A DNA stretch of 64,000 nucleotides, taken from the NCBI RefSeq assembly GCF_964204645.1, contig NC_134030.1:16120110-16184109 (forward strand). Reading direction: 5' to 3'. Shown piece by piece: positions 58,490-64,000 of this stretch (within the stretch, counting starts at the first letter, position 1; each line of letters opens with the position of its first letter). The notes below the pieces were generated by a model that had not been told where the DNA came from, ran no database searches, and saw only the letters and a list, made by a program, of their open reading frames with translations. Origin of the DNA: Tubulanus polymorphus (taxonomy: Eukaryota; Animalia; Nemertea). Position numbers and translations under genes: made by a program.

Positions 58490-58718
58490 ACGAGTGATAA
58501 TAAGTGGATAATAACTGGATTATATAATGGAGCATTACTATCAGTTGGAACTGTTGGTTATTCAATGGTATTAAAAAAAAGTATTTAAAATGGGAAGTGT
58601 TAATGTTGATAGATTTGATATAAATGATATCTTAAAATTAACATTAGCAGTAACTTTATCTAATTTAACAATTGATTATTTAGAAAAAATAATATATTCC
58701 TCCCATATAAATGCGTAA
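58490..58718 (+). pseudogene. Homolog of the 43155 gene; start mutated to ACG and frameshifted
   Basis: taaacgagtgataataagtgg versus taaatgagtgataataagtgg in copy A. Confidence 0.65.
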
Positions 58719-58734
58719 TTTTTTTACTAAATAA

Positions 58735-59097
58735 ATGGCATCTGCAATTATAACTATTATAGGATCGGCAATTGTTAACGCTTTAGCATTTACTGGTGGT
58801 GGTTATATATTTAAGCATATTGATAAAAATGGTTCATTATCAGAACAAAAAAGACATAACTTGGCATTAGAGAAATACAATAAAGCAGCAGAAGAATATA
58901 GAGAAAAGAGACAAAACTATATGGATTATATTAACAAAGAATTATATGATCAGAAGATTTCACATAGAGATTTTCAATCAGTTGATGATGCAATGAGTTT
59001 ATATAACGCGGTAACCAATAAAGAAAAATTACATCTATACAAACCTAAATTATCAGATTATTTGGCCCAAGTAAAGAACAACAGAAATATGAAATAA
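58735..59097 (+). CDS. Polinton membrane/coiled-coil protein, copy B
   Basis: 119 of 120 aa identical to the 42548-42910 ORF. Confidence 0.7.
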   Translation: MASAIITIIGSAIVNALAFTGGGYIFKHIDKNGSLSEQKRHNLALEKYNKAAEEYREKRQNYMDYINKELYDQKISHRDFQSVDDAMSLYNAVTNKEKLHLYKPKLSDYLAQVKNNRNMK

Positions 59098-59175
59098 TTT
59101 GGATTTTAGATGGAACTGTTATTGTTATATTTGTAGCGTATAGATTTACTAATAAGTAATTTTTTTGCTAAATAA

Positions 59176-59582
59176 ATGGATGATAAAGTTGATAATATTG
59201 ATATTATTCCTCGTGATATAAATAAAACTAAATTAAAAATATATTTAGAAAAACATACATTAGAATTTGAAAGTGACTTGAAGATAAAAAAGAAAAAATA
59301 TTTAAAAAGTAAAATTATATATTATTTTATTATTAGTGGTTCGGTTACAATTAGTTCTGTAATAACATTTCTAGCAATATTCAGTCCATTAACACCTTAG
59401 CTATATCAATTGGTGTGTTAGGATTAAGTTCAAGTGTTTTAACCGGTATAAGTTCAAAATCAAATATAAAAAGTAATAAAGAAAAAATTAAAACTAATAT
59501 AAAAGAAATATAACAGTTATATAACGGTCATATAACAGTTGAAGAACAAGATAAATTATTAAAAGAATTAATAAATTATTAA
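59176..59582 (+). pseudogene. Two-TM protein, copy B, disrupted
   Basis: Homologous to 42035-42469; stop at 59400. Confidence 0.7.
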
Positions 59583-59598
59583 TTTTTTAATTATATAA

Positions 59599-60981
59599 AT
59601 GGTAGATAGTTTTCCAAAAGCTTTCCAATATAATAAATCAATTGAATATAATATTCCAGCAATAAATTTTAATAAAGATATTTCATATAGAAATGAAGTA
59701 TTAGATTCATTAACTAATTTAGAAATTTATGTTACTGAGACTAATAATTTAAATGCAAAGATAGAAAATATATTTCATGTATATTTAATTAATTTAAAAA
59801 AATTGAAAGATGAAAAACAATGGTTATTAAAATCTAATATGAAATATTGGCAGAACCAATTAAATTTTGCTGTTTATTGTGCAACAACATTGTGCGGAAT
59901 TAGTTGGAATGATCATTTGAATAATTCTAAATATAAATTAATTCAAAGTTTATTTAGATTTCATACATACTTTCAAATCAGAATAATATTAAATTAATTA
60001 GAGACCCCTTTACCGGGATCTAGGTATTTTAAAGAATTAGATAATAATATTAATTTATCAAAGTTTTATAAAATTTGCAATGAATTTAATATAGATATAA
60101 ATAATTCTGATTTTAGAACAAAAATTGGAACAATAAGATCACTTCCTTGCCCTGAAAATGTTGCAGCATATTGTACACTTCCAATACCATCTAATAGCTT
60201 TTATACTATCTATAATAATAAATTAGGTTATGGTAAAATAGAAACTAAGGATTTAGAAACATTAAATTTCAATAAATTCCCGAAATTCGATGATAATTTA
60301 AAACAAGAAAATAATAATGGTTGGGTTTATTTCATTTTAAAAAATAGTGAAGGTTTTACAAAATCAGGCATACAAAGAATAAATCAATCAATTAGAACTT
60401 ATTTGATATGTATTCTAGGATCACAATTTGAAACAAGATCCCCAATAATTGGAAATTTAAATACATCATTTGATACACAGAAACAATTCAAAGTATTATT
60501 TGAAGATTCAATTCATGATGATAAAAATAGATCGATTCCAGAAAATATAGTAAGATATCAAAATTATTTAGATAAATCACATATTAGATTAAATTATTGT
60601 ATAGGCCCTAATCTATTCATTATTTCTAATGATTCAGTATTAAAGATGGGAAACATAATTGGTTATGATAATCTAATTAAAACTGCAACAATAAATAATT
60701 CGTTTGGATTAAATGATATAAATAAAAAGATTATTACTGCTCCAAAATTAATGGAAGGTGAAAAAAATAAAAAACATATTCAATCAACAGAAACTAAAAC
60801 TAATAATATTAAATTAAATAATGATTCTAAAATAAAAGATTACAATACATCAGAAAATATTAAAACTGATAATATTCAACATGATATAATTTAAACTGAT
60901 AATGATAATAAATCCCATGAAAATGCTAAATTAGCTTTAACTTGTATAGGAATTGTTATAGGAGGAATATTATATTTTAGA
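59599..60981 (+). pseudogene. Conserved C-terminally TM-anchored Polinton protein, copy B, with stops
   Basis: WQNQLNFAVYCATT; uninterrupted across the LINE insertion point of copy A. Confidence 0.75.
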
Positions 60982-61002
60982 TTTTAATTTTTTATTATAT
61001 AA

Positions 61003-62435
61003 ATGGAAGAAGATATTCCAATGGATGACATGGGAAATAATAATGAAGGATATATTGATGATGATTATAATGATGCAGAAACTAATATTGATAATGACGA
61101 TGAATCAGCATATAATTCTAATTTAGCAGATAGTGGTTCTAAAGGACTATCAACAGGTGAATTTGATAGAAGATCTAAATCGAGAATAAATCCTGAAAAT
61201 GAAAATCAAGATTTAGTAAAACAAAATTTAGAATATAATGAATTTATAAATACATTCAAACCTATATTTGAAAATTCTGGATATAATATCAATGATAGAG
61301 GCGCTAGACTTTTAGTACAAGAATTAGAAATTTTAGATGGCGAATATTATTATCATTTGAAAGATGATTATTATATTGGTATCTCTTATAAAAATCAAAA
61401 CAAAATATTAGCAGAATCAACCTTGGAAAAATTAGAACCAGATAGAATTAAAAGAATAAGAAATAGTAATGAAATAGAAAATGTAACACAAGAAGAAATA
61501 GAAAAGTATTTAAACAAAGAATTAATGATTTATTTGAAAAAATCGATAATAATTTAGAACCAGAAAGAACTTCTGAACAGAATATAACTTCCAAAACTAG
61601 TAAACTTAAATCAAATAAAGTACTAATTGAAAAACTTTTACCAAATGGATTACTTGATGCAACAGATCAAGAATTAGAAGATTTAAATATATTTTCTGAT
61701 AAAGCAATAAGAGAAATTATTAGTATAAGACTTGCATCTGATAAAATTGCACATGATAAAAGTATAAGAGATTTTAAAATTAGAACTTCAGAAAAAGATA
61801 GAACTGATAAAATTAAAGAAATAGAACAACTAAAATTAGATAGAGATAATAAAGTTATTGAAGAAATCGAATTTAAAAAAAGAAATGCATATTTAGAAAA
61901 AGAAAAAGATGATTTAGAATATAACATAGAATTTCAGAAAGAAGAAATTAAATTATTATTAAAATCATATGATTATAATATTAATAGATTAAAACTTATT
62001 TTTTAAGAGTTAATATTAAAACCAGATTCTAAAATATCATTAAAAGATGGAATAAAATTATTATTTAAATTAGAAGGTATAACAATTCTTTCAATTCTAA
62101 CAGCTGTAACTATGTTATTTACAACAATTGGTTTAGCTATATCAAATTCACTGAAATCTACGCCTACTCCCAATAAACCGGATAAACCCCCAAATGATAA
62201 TAATTCTATACAAGATAAAGTTAAGGATGGTTTGAAAAAATTAGCAAAATATTTATGGGAACTATCTAAAAAATCTGCTGCAGCTTTACCCGGAGTTATT
62301 GCGTCAATTGTTCGTTTTATATTGAAATCTGCAGGGAATATTCTTAACTTTGCTGCTGAACATATTATTTTATTTTTAATTACAGTTGTAAGTGCAATTA
62401 TTTTTGGATTAATGAATATGATAAAAAATAAATAA
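61003..62435 (+). pseudogene. Acidic/coiled-coil/multi-TM protein, copy B, frameshifted
   Basis: Homologous to 33488-34956. Confidence 0.72.
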
Positions 62436-62455
62436 TTAATTTTTTTGTTAAATAA

Positions 62456-63704
62456 ATGAGTGGGAGTTATATAAGTCCTTCTAAGAATCATAGAATATCT
62501 AATGCTATTAAAGCAGAAAGATCACATCATATAATTACTCATAACCCTTCTAATATTAATCCTGATGAAACTTTATATGTTAGAATTCCTCGATTAACGC
62601 AAAATACTTTTTATGTTCCAAATAGTATTTATTTATCAGCTGATATAAAAGTAACCGGTAATAATAATAATTATGTTGTCGATAATGTTGGAAGATATTT
62701 GATTAAAAAATTAACTATAAAGATTGGTCCAGAAACAGTTTTCTCATTAGATGATTATAATTTATTTATGCATTATAAAGATTTATGGTTAACTAAAGAA
62801 AATAGAAATAATATGATATTTCAAGGAATCCAATCAGAAAACCAAAATAAATTAAGATCAGAAGCACATAATGCAATATTAACTAATGCTATAGGTAAAT
62901 TGATAAAAAGGATATATGGAAGCAAATATAAAATTCCATTAGACTTTGAATTGATAAATAATAATGCACCTTTATATAAATACGCAATTCAAGAAGATGT
63001 TATATTCGAAATAACATTTGCTCCTGTTAATGAAATTGTAATATTTAGCGTTAATAAAGATATCGGTTATAAATTATCGAATATATGTTTAGAATATGAT
63101 ACAGTAACTGATGTAAATATTGCTAGAACAATTCAAACTCAATACAATCAAGGATTTTCATTATTATATGATTATATTGATAAATTTAAAACTGTAACTA
63201 TTAATGCAAGTGATGAAATTATTAATGAGAATATAAACTTCCCAAGAAGATCTATTAAAGGTATATTAATATTTTTTACCATTGCAACATATACTAATGG
63301 CGCAATACAGGTTGATAAGTATTATAATCCTGAAATAACAAAAGTAGAAATAACCATCGAAGGAATAGCAAATAAAATATTTTGTCAAGGAATGAGAATG
63401 ATTGATCAATGGCCAGAAATTAGAAAACATTTTATGAATGAAAAAGTAAAATCATCTGAAAATTGTAATATTAATCAAATTGATTATTATACCGGTAATA
63501 AATATGCATTATGGTTAGATTTTAGAACAACAGAGGATAATTCATTACATGGTTCTGGGAAAAAAACTACAAAATACAAAATATGGAATACAATTATTCA
63601 TGACAAAGAAAAGAGGAGACTAAAATTTCAAAATGCACATTTATATTATATCTGACGCGCAATTAAATATTGTAAATTCTCAATTAAATAGTGTTATGTA
63701 TTAA
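62456..63704 (+). pseudogene. Putative major capsid protein, copy B; frameshift near 63560
   Basis: Near-identical to 32220-33467 up to LHGSGKK, after which the frame diverges. Confidence 0.72.
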
Positions 63705-63753
63705 GTGTTATGAAATATTAAAATTTTAACTTTAATAAAAAATCTTATATTAA

Positions 63754-64000
63754 ATGGAAGGTGGAATATATGAAATACGAACTCCAAGTGAAATGATATC
63801 AGATATATATTATATATTACCTCATGATGAATACAGTAAGTATTTTTGAGAATACTTTAATCAATTCAAATATAGAATAAGTAAAATAAAAGATAATATT
63901 GAAACTAAAATAGAAAATAATATTGAACCTAAAATAGAAGATAAGAATGATATTGAATCTAAAATAGAAGATAATATTGAAACTAAAATAGAAGATAGTA
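63754..64000 (+). pseudogene. Start of the positional homolog of the 32187 gene, with 24-bp repeats
   Basis: TAAATG MEGG start; aatattgaaactaaaatagaagat-like repeats. Confidence 0.5.

Larger units (their letters stand above)
52422..64000 (+). mobile_element. Polinton/Maverick-type endogenous virus, copy B; pPolB end, runs off the window
   Basis: Terminal palindrome, pPolB, then the same gene order as copy A read from 44622 leftwards. Confidence 0.92.

Noticed and set aside
25400-64000. One single giant element with copies A and B as its inverted arms
   Set aside because: Copy B has its own AGT terminus at 52422, the copies are unevenly diverged, and the middle region is unrelated transposon debris.

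Overview
Eukaryotic DNA, probably from an invertebrate animal (GT-AG introns, TTAGGG-like tract), made up almost entirely of mobile elements. (1) 27-15925: an apparently full-length ~15.9-kb DNA transposon. Its inverted arms contain 59-bp tandem arrays (~51 and ~27 units). It carries a spliced minus-strand gene for an HMGXB3/Kyakuja-like KDZ transposase fused to a Josephin (ataxin-3-like) deubiquitinase domain and PHD fingers. (2) 15.9-25.4 kb: nested MITEs and foldbacks, a DUF3987-like gene remnant, a 49-bp satellite and a decayed BEL/Pao element. (3) 25400-44622 and 52422->64000: two oppositely oriented, partly decayed copies of a very AT-rich Polinton/Maverick-type endogenous virus (integrase, packaging ATPase, major and minor capsid, pPolB, membrane-protein cluster), plus a third isolated terminus at 50599. 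Almost every viral gene starts at a poxvirus-late-promoter-like TAAATG, and each terminus is a long imperfect palindrome with strand-biased mismatches. (4) Other insertions: a full-length CR1/L2-group LINE with a 5-bp TSD, a Gypsy LTR/PBS/gag stub, a Penelope-like element with hammerhead motifs, and MULE/SWIM and Harbinger fragments. All calls come from manual motif reading; no database searches were run, and boundaries marked approximate may be off by tens of bases.
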